Source: an uncultured Verrucomicrobiae bacterium
GTDB taxonomy: Bacteria; Chlamydiota; Chlamydiia; Chlamydiales; Rhabdochlamydiaceae
Direction of reading: 5' to 3'
DNA length: 64,000 nucleotides
NCBI GenBank assembly: GCA_963731265.1
Contig: CAVSUE010000001.1
Location: 224,001 to 288,000, forward strand
Shown here: piece after piece, positions 52,320 to 60,898 of the stretch
How positions within the stretch are numbered: the stretch's first letter is position 1
Layout: every line of letters starts with the position of its first letter
The notes under the pieces: model-generated
Told to the model about the DNA's origin: nothing
The model's database searches: none
The model's input: only the letters and a program-made list of their open reading frames with translations
Position numbers and translations under genes: made by a program

Positions 52320-53723
52320 ATGTTTGTCCGATTTCTTTCTCTCCTTTTACTCCTCTCCCATTCGATTTTCGCTGAATATCAAAAAGTGGTCGTCATTGGA
52401 GCAGGGCTCGCAGGTTTGACAACGGCCCTTCGCTTGCAGCAGCTAACGGGACAACCTGTAGAAGTTTACGAAGCGCGCGAAAGGCCGGGGGGAAGAATTC
52501 TGACCGCCTATTTTTACGATTCGTATGAAGAGCTCGGAGCGAAATTTCTGTGCGTGACGGAAGCCGTCCGGCTGAAAGCCCTGATTCGGGAAATGGGATT
52601 AGAAATTGAAACCACGATGAGAACGGTCTCCGATCGAAAATATGTCTACCAAGGGAAGGTAGCGCCCTATTATTCCCCGTTTCTCAACACTCCCGCTTCC
52701 GACCAATCGACGTATGATCAACTTAAAGAAGCGGCGGCCGAGGGGAAGAATTTAGGCGCCGTTTTGGATGCTTTTTTCCCGAAACAGACCATCCCGCGCC
52801 ATTTGGCAGAAATTCGGATGCGCGGACTCGAAGGGAAGGATACAAAGGAGTTATCTACCGCTTATGTCGACAATTTTTGGGATTACTACAATCGGTGCAG
52901 CTTGATCGCGCATGGAGAAGATCACTTCCATATTCACCAGGAGAGCATCAAAGGAGGGAACAGCCTTCTTCCGGAAAACTTGACTAAACGGATGAAAGAT
53001 CATGTGCATTTCGGCCAGCCCTTGCGGAAAATTTCTCTGACCCACGATCGAAAATATCTTTTGGAATTCCCGAATAACAAAACAGTCACAGCGGATTATC
53101 TTGTCCTGGCCATTCCCTGTTCGACTCTGCGGGATGTTCAGATAGAAAAGGGAATTATCCCTGCTGATCAATGGAAAGCCATTAAAGCATTGCAGTACGG
53201 TACAAATGGACACATTTTGCTGGGTGTGAAATTGGGCAATGACAGCTCCGAATATTCCGTCACCGAAGATGCGCTCGTGTGGTTCAATAGCGACCGGAAA
53301 ATTTTGACGCTCGCCTATGGAGGCAAGCCGGGAGTTTTTGATTCCCACTCTTCAGAAGGTGTCAATAAACGTATCCACGAAGAGATGGCGGCGCTGAAAC
53401 TTCTTTTCCCGTCTATTACCTATTCGGGGAGGAAACGGGCCGTCAGTTGGGCGATGGAAGAATTTTCAAAGGGGAGCAACAGCAGCTGGGGCCCGGATCA
53501 GTTTGATCTCTACAATGAAAAAATGGAGATGATGGGGGAGACGGTCCGGAAGGTCTTCCGTCCCGTTCAAAACCGCCTCTTTTTTGCCGGCGAACATGCC
53601 GCCATCGATCATCCTGCGACGATGGAAGGGGCTGTAGAGTCGGGTGAATCGACAGCGCGGATTGTGGCCCAGATTGTCTCCCCTCCCGCAAAAGAAAAAG
53701 AAACTACAGGTCCAGGCTCTTGA
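52320..53723 (+). CDS. exported flavin monoamine oxidase family protein
   Basis: Signal peptide; VVIGAGLAGL, EARERPGGRI, ELGA, FFAGEH...TMEGAVESG. Confidence 0.88.
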   Translation: MFVRFLSLLLLLSHSIFAEYQKVVVIGAGLAGLTTALRLQQLTGQPVEVYEARERPGGRILTAYFYDSYEELGAKFLCVTEAVRLKALIREMGLEIETTMRTVSDRKYVYQGKVAPYYSPFLNTPASDQSTYDQLKEAAAEGKNLGAVLDAFFPKQTIPRHLAEIRMRGLEGKDTKELSTAYVDNFWDYYNRCSLIAHGEDHFHIHQESIKGGNSLLPENLTKRMKDHVHFGQPLRKISLTHDRKYLLEFPNNKTVTADYLVLAIPCSTLRDVQIEKGIIPADQWKAIKALQYGTNGHILLGVKLGNDSSEYSVTEDALVWFNSDRKILTLAYGGKPGVFDSHSSEGVNKRIHEEMAALKLLFPSITYSGRKRAVSWAMEEFSKGSNSSWGPDQFDLYNEKMEMMGETVRKVFRPVQNRLFFAGEHAAIDHPATMEGAVESGESTARIVAQIVSPPAKEKETTGPGS

Positions 53724-53756
53724 TTATTATTCAGAAACTGTTAATATGAATGAATA
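53718..53756 (+). promoter_or_regulatory. candidate tandem ARG boxes
   Basis: TTGAT-TATT-ATTCA (53720) and TTAAT-ATGA-ATGAA (53741), 21-bp period; imperfect, in AT-rich DNA. Confidence 0.35.
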
Positions 53757-53782
53757 TTATGTTTTTTATAGGAGCAACAATT

Positions 53783-53881
53783 ATGAATCCGCAAGAACCG
53801 TTAAGACGGCTTTCCTCCTCACCCGCTTTTTTCAAATCTTTGAAACATAAGTCTCTCAAAGCTGCTTTCAAGCGAAAGTAA
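53783..53881 (+). other. candidate leader ORF MNPQEPLRRLSSSPAFFKSLKHKSLKAAFKRK
   Basis: AGGAG SD at 53770, weak hairpin over the last codons, T-run after the stop, 54 nt before the symporter. Confidence 0.4.
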
Positions 53882-53935
53882 CCTTCTTTTTTTGTAATTA
53901 CTTTTTTTTAATTTCTAGCTTTTTCGTGGAGAATT

Positions 53936-55285
53936 ATGTTTCATTCTATTTTTGATTGTTTGTCTTACATCGATGCGTTTTTTTGGAGCTATCTCGGTTT
54001 TTCCTGCATTGCTCTTTTAGGTTGTTATTTCACCATTAAATCCAATTTTTTTCAAATCCGCGCTTTGCCGGCGGCCCTAAAGACATTTTGGGGCTTTATG
54101 AAAAACAAGTCTTCGGTAGGGGTAGGAACCCACCCCCTCAAAGTCTTTTTTTCTTCGGTCGGCGGGATGATCGGCGTAGGCAATATTGCCGGTATTGTCA
54201 CAGCTTTGCAAATCGGCGGCCCCGGGGCCTTATTTTGGGTGTGGATGGCGGCTTTTTTAGGATCGTTGATCAAATACTCAGAAGTTTTTTTAGGGCTGAA
54301 ATACCGCGTCGCGAACGAGAAAGGCGGATACGATGGAGGTTCGATCCATTTATTGCGCCGGGCTTTTCAAAAAAAATGGATTGGCACGGCGGCTTGCGTG
54401 CTCATGTGCATCTATGCTGCTGAGGTGTATCAATTTTCCGTCTTGTCGCATTGCATTGCGACAAATTGGCAAATTGAACATATCCTCGTCGTCGTTGCTT
54501 TGCTCATTTTAATTCTTTACACCGTACTCGGGGGAATTAAAAGGGTCGGAAAAATTTGTTCCTGGCTGATGCCGTTTTTCACAGGTATTTATCTTTTGAT
54601 GGGCTTTTACGTGATCGGGCATCACCTTCCCGAGCTTCCTGCGTTACTAGGAGAAGTGCTCTCTTCGGCTTTTACAGGGAGCGCCGGACTCGGAGGTTTT
54701 GTTGGGAGCACGATGATGCTTGCCATGCAGCAGGGAATATCCCGTTCTGTCTATTCATCTGATATTGGAATTGGGTACGATTCCATCATTCAAAGCGAAA
54801 CCAGCGCGGTGCAGATTGTCCAACAGGCTCGCTTGTCCATGCTAGGCGTCTTTATCGATAATTTGGTCTGCACTTGCACGCTTTTGATCGCATTGACTTC
54901 AGGATTTTGGAATGCAAGCCCGATGATCGACTCGGCCATGGTCATTCAAAAAGCCCTCGATGTCCATTTCCCGTGGCAGTCTGTGTTCATGCCGATCTTT
55001 ATCTTCGTCCTTGTGTACACCACAATGATTTCCTATTTGTTCGCAGGTGTCAAATGCGCTCGCTTTCTGCATCCGCTCTATGGGGAGAAAGTGTACCTTT
55101 TCTTTGCGGCCGCATTCTTGTTCTTTTTTTCTTTCTTCGACCCGTCGAAGGCGTTGCTCACGATGTCGCTTGCAGGATGCGCTCTTGTCTGCCTCAATTT
55201 GACAGGCATATTCCGCTTACGCCACGAGGTCTCTTTCGAATTAGAAGAGGAAAGCCCCTTGCTGTCCGAGTTTGAACAGGGATAA
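53936..55285 (+). CDS. alanine/glycine:cation symporter (AGCS family)
   Basis: GGMIGVGNIAGIVTALQIGGPGALFWVW, YDGG, GGIKRVG, GISRSVYSSDIGIG. Confidence 0.93.
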   Translation: MFHSIFDCLSYIDAFFWSYLGFSCIALLGCYFTIKSNFFQIRALPAALKTFWGFMKNKSSVGVGTHPLKVFFSSVGGMIGVGNIAGIVTALQIGGPGALFWVWMAAFLGSLIKYSEVFLGLKYRVANEKGGYDGGSIHLLRRAFQKKWIGTAACVLMCIYAAEVYQFSVLSHCIATNWQIEHILVVVALLILILYTVLGGIKRVGKICSWLMPFFTGIYLLMGFYVIGHHLPELPALLGEVLSSAFTGSAGLGGFVGSTMMLAMQQGISRSVYSSDIGIGYDSIIQSETSAVQIVQQARLSMLGVFIDNLVCTCTLLIALTSGFWNASPMIDSAMVIQKALDVHFPWQSVFMPIFIFVLVYTTMISYLFAGVKCARFLHPLYGEKVYLFFAAAFLFFFSFFDPSKALLTMSLAGCALVCLNLTGIFRLRHEVSFELEEESPLLSEFEQG

Positions 55286-55301
55286 ATTTTTGTTTCCCCT
55301 A

Positions 55302-56105
55302 TCACCATTTTGCTACAGGCGGCATCGAGCAAAGGATCGCTTCGGGATTCCCTCCGGAAAGAAAACCAAATTTAGTTCCGCGGTCATAAAGCAGGTTGAA
55401 TTCCACATAATGCGCCCGCGCGTGCAGTTGTTTCTCCTTTTGTTCAGGAGTAAAAGGCATTAGGATGCGGCGATCATAAATGGGGAGGATCGTCTCTAAA
55501 AACGTATCTCCAACGCGCTTCCATAAAGCAAAATCCTTTTCAAAATTTCCCGTCCGGTAGTGATCGAAAAAAATTCCGCCGACACCGCGCTCTTTTTGCC
55601 GATGAGGTAGATAAAAGTATTCCTTCGCGTTTTGCGAAAATGCGGGGTAGATCTCTTCTCCGAAAGGATCGAGCGCTTTTTTTGCGGTTTGATGAAAATG
55701 CAAAGTGTCTTCTTCATAGGCAAAGCCCATAGGCGTTAAATCATAGCCTCCGCCAAACCAGCTCTTTTCCTCGGTCTCGATGTAGCGGATATTGAAGTGG
55801 ACTGTCGGAGCATGAGGATTGAACATGTGCGTGATGAGACTGACCCCCGTGGCAAAAAATGGACCTCCCGCATCAGCCATTGGGAATTGATCGCCACTGA
55901 CGCCCGACCAATTGACGGCGGCCTTTTCGAATAGAGTGCCGCGCACCACCGCCATTTCTCCGCCGCCTTTACCCTTCTTATAATCCCATTTTTTACGCTC
56001 AAAACTTTTAGAAGGCTCATAATTTCCAAATGCTGCGATGATTTTTTCGCGCAATTCTTTTAGATACATCTCAATCTCATCTTTCAATTTATTCCTTTGA
56101 ACCAT
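55302..56105 (-). CDS. hemF: oxygen-dependent coproporphyrinogen III oxidase
   Basis: FEKAAVNWS, PTVHFNIRY, WFGGGYDLTP, RGVGGIFFD, YVEFNLLYDRGTKFG, SMPP. Confidence 0.96.
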   Translation of the reverse strand: MVQRNKLKDEIEMYLKELREKIIAAFGNYEPSKSFERKKWDYKKGKGGGEMAVVRGTLFEKAAVNWSGVSGDQFPMADAGGPFFATGVSLITHMFNPHAPTVHFNIRYIETEEKSWFGGGYDLTPMGFAYEEDTLHFHQTAKKALDPFGEEIYPAFSQNAKEYFYLPHRQKERGVGGIFFDHYRTGNFEKDFALWKRVGDTFLETILPIYDRRILMPFTPEQKEKQLHARAHYVEFNLLYDRGTKFGFLSGGNPEAILCSMPPVAKW

Positions 56106-56130
56106 AAACTCTTCCTCTAGCGGGTTAATA

Positions 56131-56295
56131 ACCTGAGCTTTGGGTCCATTTTAGAGTAGATTGCGGTAGATTTCGAGGTGATTTTTGCAAATTTCGGCGC
56201 GTACAATAGCTGGAGGCCCTATGGACGCGCCAAAATTTGCAAAAAGTGCCCGAAAGATGCGGCAAGATGCTGTGAAAGGAACTCAAAGCTCAGGT
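56131..56295. mobile_element. MITE-like palindromic element (family G, copy 2), TA-flanked
   Basis: TA-ACCTGAGCTTTG ... CAAAGCTCAGGT-TA; reverse complement aligns with 51128-51284. Confidence 0.78.
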
Positions 56296-56308
56296 TAATA
56301 GGTTAAAA

Positions 56309-57679
56309 ATGATGCAAAAAAAACAGGTTACCATTTTAGGGGCTGGGATATCAGGTTTGTCGGCCGCGTGGTATTTGACTCGAACAGGGCTTCCTCTCGA
56401 GATCACCATTCTGGAAAAAAGTTCTCGCGCAGGCGGATGGATGCATACCGATCATACGACAGGTTTTCATTTTGAAAAAGGGCCGCGCACTTTTAAAGTG
56501 GATAAATGTCCTTCGACTCTGCGCCTGATCGCCGAGTTAGGGCTTCAAGGAGAGTTGATTTGGTCGGATGCAAAACCCCATCACCGTTACCTGTGGCATG
56601 ATGGAGAATTGCATCGATTTCCCACAAATCCATTTTCTTTTTTGGTTTCACCAATTACCAAAGGTTTTCTGAAAGCATTGATGACGGAATGGAGAAAGCC
56701 GGTTAAATTAACCGACGAAACAGTTTGGGAATTTGTCTTAAGAAGGTTTAATTACGATGTCGCCCGTCTTTTTTTTGATCCGATGGTGGTGGGCATCTTT
56801 GGCGGCGATATCCGCAAGATTTCCGTCCGGGCCTGTTTTCCGAAATTGAAACGTTGGGAAGAAACTTATGGATCGGTGACAAAAGGCTTTTTTGCAGAAA
56901 TGAAGGCAAAAAAAGGGTTATCCCCCTTTTCTAAAGATGTAGAAGGATTACCTCTCTCGGCAATTTTTTCTTTCCAGTCGGGAATCGAGCAGCTTCCGCA
57001 GTCCATCGTCAATCAAATCCCTGCTAAGGTATGTTACCAGCAGCAGGCGAAGGAAATTTTCCTGGAAGACGGCCGTGTTGGAGTGAAAACGGAAAAAGGA
57101 CAGTTTTTCAGCGATTTTCTTTTCTGCGCCCTTCCGGCGGCTGAAACAGGACGTCTATTTGAAAACCTCGCCCCGGAGATCTCAAAAGAATTTTCAAAGA
57201 TTCCTTGTCTGGGCGTGGATATTGTCAATTGCGCCTATGATGGCCAAGTTCTGCCGGTCCAAGGGTTCGGATATTTGACGGCGACACACGCGCATGAAGA
57301 CGTCTTGGGCGTCATCTTTGATTCTTCCGTCTTTCCCCTGCACAATCGATCAAATCAGGAAACCCGGCTGACGATCAAGTTAGAAGAAACGGGCCGCAGT
57401 GAGGAAAAAACAATCGAAGCAGCCCTTAAGGGACTCCGCCGCCATCTCGGCATTTCCCAGATTCCAAAATGCGTCTCGTTTATACGAACCGTGATCCCTC
57501 AATACGGCGTCGGACATCTCGAAAAAATGGCAGAACTGAAAAATCACTTATGCTTAAAACTCCCCCAATTTCAACTCGTGGGAAATTATTTGGAAGGGAT
57601 CAGCGTGAATAGTTGCGTGGAGCGAGCGAAAAGAGCTGTGGAAGAGTGGGAAAAAAGGATAGGCGATGGCTCCTCTTGA
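56309..57679 (+). CDS. hemG: protoporphyrinogen oxidase (HemY type)
   Basis: GAGISGL, RAGGW, FEKGPRTF, DPMVVGIFGGD, GFGYL, IPQYGVGH, GNYLEGISVNSC. Confidence 0.93.
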   Translation: MMQKKQVTILGAGISGLSAAWYLTRTGLPLEITILEKSSRAGGWMHTDHTTGFHFEKGPRTFKVDKCPSTLRLIAELGLQGELIWSDAKPHHRYLWHDGELHRFPTNPFSFLVSPITKGFLKALMTEWRKPVKLTDETVWEFVLRRFNYDVARLFFDPMVVGIFGGDIRKISVRACFPKLKRWEETYGSVTKGFFAEMKAKKGLSPFSKDVEGLPLSAIFSFQSGIEQLPQSIVNQIPAKVCYQQQAKEIFLEDGRVGVKTEKGQFFSDFLFCALPAAETGRLFENLAPEISKEFSKIPCLGVDIVNCAYDGQVLPVQGFGYLTATHAHEDVLGVIFDSSVFPLHNRSNQETRLTIKLEETGRSEEKTIEAALKGLRRHLGISQIPKCVSFIRTVIPQYGVGHLEKMAELKNHLCLKLPQFQLVGNYLEGISVNSCVERAKRAVEEWEKRIGDGSS

Positions 57680-58115
57680 TCTTATCGAAGCTTTAAAAAA
57701 TCTTCTTAAAAGCAGAAAAGCCACAACGCAAGACGCTATTTGCTCATCGCTTGAGAAACAAGGGTATGACATCAATCAAACAAAAGCGTCTAGGTTACTT
57801 AGAAAAGTTGGAGCCATCAAGGTAATCAACGCGAAAGGAGAGACCGTCTATTCTCTTCCTCGCGAGCCCGCTCCGCCTTCGATGGATACCCCTATTAGGG
57901 ATTTGATCCTCGATATCACATCCAATGAAACAATGGTCGTCATTTTTACAAGTCCCGGCTCCGCTTCCATGGTGGCACGCGTTCTCGATTATCATCAACT
58001 CTCTACAGAAGTTCTAGGGACAATCGCCGGGGACGACACGGTTTTTGTTGCTCCTAAGACGATTAAAAACACCCACAAACTGGCCGAACAGATTAAAAAG
58101 CTCCTGAAAGACTGA
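57666..58115 (+). CDS. argR: arginine repressor
   Basis: TQDAI...GYDINQTKASRLL, VVIFTSPGSASMVARVLD, LGTIAGDDTVFV. Confidence 0.95.
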   Translation: MAPLDLIEALKNLLKSRKATTQDAICSSLEKQGYDINQTKASRLLRKVGAIKVINAKGETVYSLPREPAPPSMDTPIRDLILDITSNETMVVIFTSPGSASMVARVLDYHQLSTEVLGTIAGDDTVFVAPKTIKNTHKLAEQIKKLLKD

Positions 58116-58128
58116 ATATTTATTCAGA
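58111..58128. promoter_or_regulatory. ARG box overlapping argR stop codon
   Basis: AC-TGAAT-ATTT-ATTCA-GA matches the TGAATwwwwATTCA core exactly. Confidence 0.55.
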
Positions 58129-58172
58129 TTTTCGGTAGCCAACCCTGTGATTCTTAGAAAATTATGCTTTTA

Positions 58173-58211
58173 TTTGCGTAAATATGCTATCTTAGTGCAT
58201 AATATTCAGCA
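58173..58211 (+). promoter_or_regulatory. promoter (TTGCGT-N18-CATAAT) overlapped by tandem ARG-like boxes
   Basis: TGCGT-AAAT-ATGCT (58175) and TGCAT-AAT-ATTCA (58196), 21 bp apart. Confidence 0.45.
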
Positions 58212-58213
58212 TT

Positions 58214-58288
58214 ATGTGCCAATTGTTGATTAAAAATTCAGTCCCCTCTTCTTGTTTATTCCTTCGGCGCCCTCTCGGGCGCAGCTAA
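58214..58288 (+). other. candidate Arg leader ORF MCQLLIKNSVPSSCLFLRRPLGRS
   Basis: CGG CGC codons on the left arm of GCGCCC-TCTC-GGGCGC, stop, then T-run. Confidence 0.45.
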
Positions 58289-58344
58289 TCTCTTTTTTCT
58301 CATGTAAATTTTTTTTAAATCAATAAACATCAAGGAATAAACAT

Positions 58345-59322
58345 ATGTCTACTATAACCCCTTTCCAAGCAGGGCCTTTTCCAAACAACGATATTTTGCA
58401 TTACGGCTTGCAATTTATTGATATTGCTGACATTGCCTCTTCCGCTCTGGTCTGCAAGGCATGGGAAGCCGCCGTGCAATACCATCACATTTGGCTGCAA
58501 CTGTTCGCCAATGAAAAAATCCCCCGTATCGAGGGAAGAACAACAACAGCGAAGGAAGACTTCAGGTTTATGCGATCCATCACCTACAGCGCACAAAAAA
58601 GCGGCTGGATGGGAAAGTTTGTCGGTGTTGTGCCGAAAATCAGCGCAAATGTCTTCGAACTCTTGAAGACGGCAATGGATCCCTATGAACCTGACAAAAA
58701 AATGAGCGAAACGTTTGTGATTGTTGTTGAGCCTACAAACTTCCATGTCCCTTATCATGCAGGTTTGTTCGACGACCTTGTCAAAAAGGGTGACTTCGAT
58801 ACAAAAAGTGAAGAGGTTGGCAGCTTCAAGAAAAACGGAATACTGATCCCTTATTCGCTTAAAAATTTGAAAATTCTTGCTGGATATGCAGCTGCCAAAA
58901 AAGGGAAGGGGCCTGTTTTCAACCACGCGTATCTCGGGGCTGAGAATTTGCAAAAGATCCTGGACCAATGCAGTGCAATTGCCAAAACAGTTCGTGTGTC
59001 CATCATGCGCATCGAAGTTCCTCCACAAAGCTGCAATGAATCGTATGATCAACAAAAAGGACTCCTTGAAGAAAAGGGACTCGAGATGGTCTCGTTGTGT
59101 ACTCGATTTTACTTTAATTTGGGTAAGCACATCTGCCGCGACAAGCAAGCAGAGTCTTCATCGATCTTTTCTCAGACATCCGATGAAGTCGAACTCGGCG
59201 AGAATCTTTCTCCCGTAGTGATTTCTGAGCCTGGCTTCCCTGGGGGAATCTGCTTCCATTTCTCAAAGTCTGCTTTGGAGGAGGTTGGCGCCGCCTCGGT
59301 CGTTAGGGGACCCGGCCATTAG
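58345..59322 (+). CDS. F-box-like domain protein, putative effector
   Basis: FPNNDILHYGLQFIDIADIASSALVCKAWEAA....IWLQLF fits the F-box pattern; AAGGA SD. Confidence 0.8.
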   Translation: MSTITPFQAGPFPNNDILHYGLQFIDIADIASSALVCKAWEAAVQYHHIWLQLFANEKIPRIEGRTTTAKEDFRFMRSITYSAQKSGWMGKFVGVVPKISANVFELLKTAMDPYEPDKKMSETFVIVVEPTNFHVPYHAGLFDDLVKKGDFDTKSEEVGSFKKNGILIPYSLKNLKILAGYAAAKKGKGPVFNHAYLGAENLQKILDQCSAIAKTVRVSIMRIEVPPQSCNESYDQQKGLLEEKGLEMVSLCTRFYFNLGKHICRDKQAESSSIFSQTSDEVELGENLSPVVISEPGFPGGICFHFSKSALEEVGAASVVRGPGH

Positions 59323-59339
59323 GGATCGGTAGAACGATC

Positions 59340-59379
59340 TTTTTCTGCGGTGCGGCTAGCGAGGCGCACCGCAAAAAAA
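59340..59379. terminator. hairpin after F-box gene
   Basis: TTTTTC-TGCGGTGCG...CGCACCGCA-AAAAAA; T-run before and A-run after extend the stem. Confidence 0.5.
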
Positions 59380-59423
59380 TCTTGTCTTTCTGGAAAATCA
59401 GGCGAGATGATACGCTCTCTATT

Positions 59424-59498
59424 ATGAAGCATTTGAATTTCTTTTATACCTACTCTGCCGCATCCGCCTTCTCAGCACCGCAAAGGTGCTGTAATTAG
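59424..59498 (+). other. candidate Ala/Ser leader ORF MKHLNFFYTYSAASAFSAPQRCCN
   Basis: SAASAFSA run ending on the left arm of CAGCACC-GCAAA-GGTGCTG, stop, T6; 54 nt before the symporter. Confidence 0.5.
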
Positions 59499-59552
59499 TT
59501 TTTTCTCCCTAATTTATAAAACCGTCCAGAAGAACTAAAAAAAGGAATTTGT

Positions 59553-60893
59553 ATGGATGTAAAAGGGCTGCTTGAAAGTTTTAACCATTATTTCACACTT
59601 GGGGCCGTTTTCCCGGCCATCCTTGCCGTCGGACTCTATCTCACGCTGAAGCTGCGCTTTGTGCAAGTTTCGCAGCTCAAAAAAAGCTTTAGCAGCTTGA
59701 CGAGCAAAAATCTCGAGGGCAAAGGGAATATCAGCCGTTTTGCCGTGCTCTCCACGGTGTTGGCGGGAAATTTTGGGACGGGGAATATTTCCGGGATGGC
59801 TGTGGCCCTTGCCTCAGGGGGCCCTGGTGCGCTGGTATGGATGTGGGTCATGGCTTTCTTTGGGGCGGCCATTCAGTATGCAAGCTGCATTTTGGGCATC
59901 TCCTATCGCCGCAAAATGCAAAATAATGAATATGCAGGCGGTCCGATGTATTATTTGCGCGACGGCCTGGGCTATAAAAAATTAGCTATGCTCTTTTGCG
60001 TCTTTGCGATTTTTGGGGCGGTCACCGTCGGTAATTTTGCTCAGATCAATTCAATCGTGCTGCCCCTGCAAAAAATAGGTTTTAATCCACTGTACACGAG
60101 TCTTGTCATTGCCGCGATGGTCGGCTTTGTCATCTTGGGTGGGATCAAACGGCTATCGAATTTCGCTTCCTTGATCGTTCCTTTTAAAGCCCTTCTTTAT
60201 TTGGGGACCGCTGCAGTGATCATCGGCATGAACTACGATCGAGTGGGGGATGCTTTGGGCCTGATGGTCCGCCATGCATTTGGCTTTTCCGCTGCTGCCG
60301 GCGGGATCATGGGATTCAGCGTTGTAAAAATGATCACCACAGGTTTTGACAGGGGGCTATTTGCCACCGATGCAGGGACGGGGATCGTGCCCATTCTGCA
60401 GGCCAATGCCCGGTCCGATCACCCCGTCATGGATGGGATTGCGACCCTTGTCGCGCCGCTCATGGTCATGATTGTTTGCACGGCGACCGGCCTCGTGCTC
60501 ATTTTGACGGGGGCTTGGTTGGATCCCGGCCTGCAAAGCACGAACATGGTCACATTTGCTTTTTCGAAAGGCCTAGGCACGCCTGTGGGCGGCTATATCG
60601 TCATCATCGCTCTCGTTTTTTTTGCGTATACGACGATTTTGGCTTGGTCATATTGCGGCGAAAAAGCTTTAGAATTTCTAGTCGGTCCCGACAAACGAAA
60701 ATGGTTTCGCTACACCTACATCGCCCTTGTGCCGATCGGAAGCGTGATGCGCGTCGATATGATCTGGACGCTGGCGGACATTGCGATCACATTGATGCTG
60801 TTCATCAACATCATCGGGGTGATGGGCCTTTCCAGGCAGGTCATCAATTCGAGCAGAGAGTTTAAGGCATCGTTGCCGGTAGAAGGCACATAA
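59553..60893 (+). CDS. alanine/glycine:cation symporter (AGCS family)
   Basis: GNFGTGNISGMAVALASGGPGALVWMW, YAGGPMYYL, GGIKRL, RGLFATDAGTG, FFAYTTILAWSYCGE. Confidence 0.94.
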   Translation: MDVKGLLESFNHYFTLGAVFPAILAVGLYLTLKLRFVQVSQLKKSFSSLTSKNLEGKGNISRFAVLSTVLAGNFGTGNISGMAVALASGGPGALVWMWVMAFFGAAIQYASCILGISYRRKMQNNEYAGGPMYYLRDGLGYKKLAMLFCVFAIFGAVTVGNFAQINSIVLPLQKIGFNPLYTSLVIAAMVGFVILGGIKRLSNFASLIVPFKALLYLGTAAVIIGMNYDRVGDALGLMVRHAFGFSAAAGGIMGFSVVKMITTGFDRGLFATDAGTGIVPILQANARSDHPVMDGIATLVAPLMVMIVCTATGLVLILTGAWLDPGLQSTNMVTFAFSKGLGTPVGGYIVIIALVFFAYTTILAWSYCGEKALEFLVGPDKRKWFRYTYIALVPIGSVMRVDMIWTLADIAITLMLFINIIGVMGLSRQVINSSREFKASLPVEGT

Positions 60894-60898
60894 TCTGT

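Noticed and set aside
58330..59148. 272-aa minus-strand ORF
   Set aside because: Antisense to the F-box gene, which has the SD and the recognisable domain
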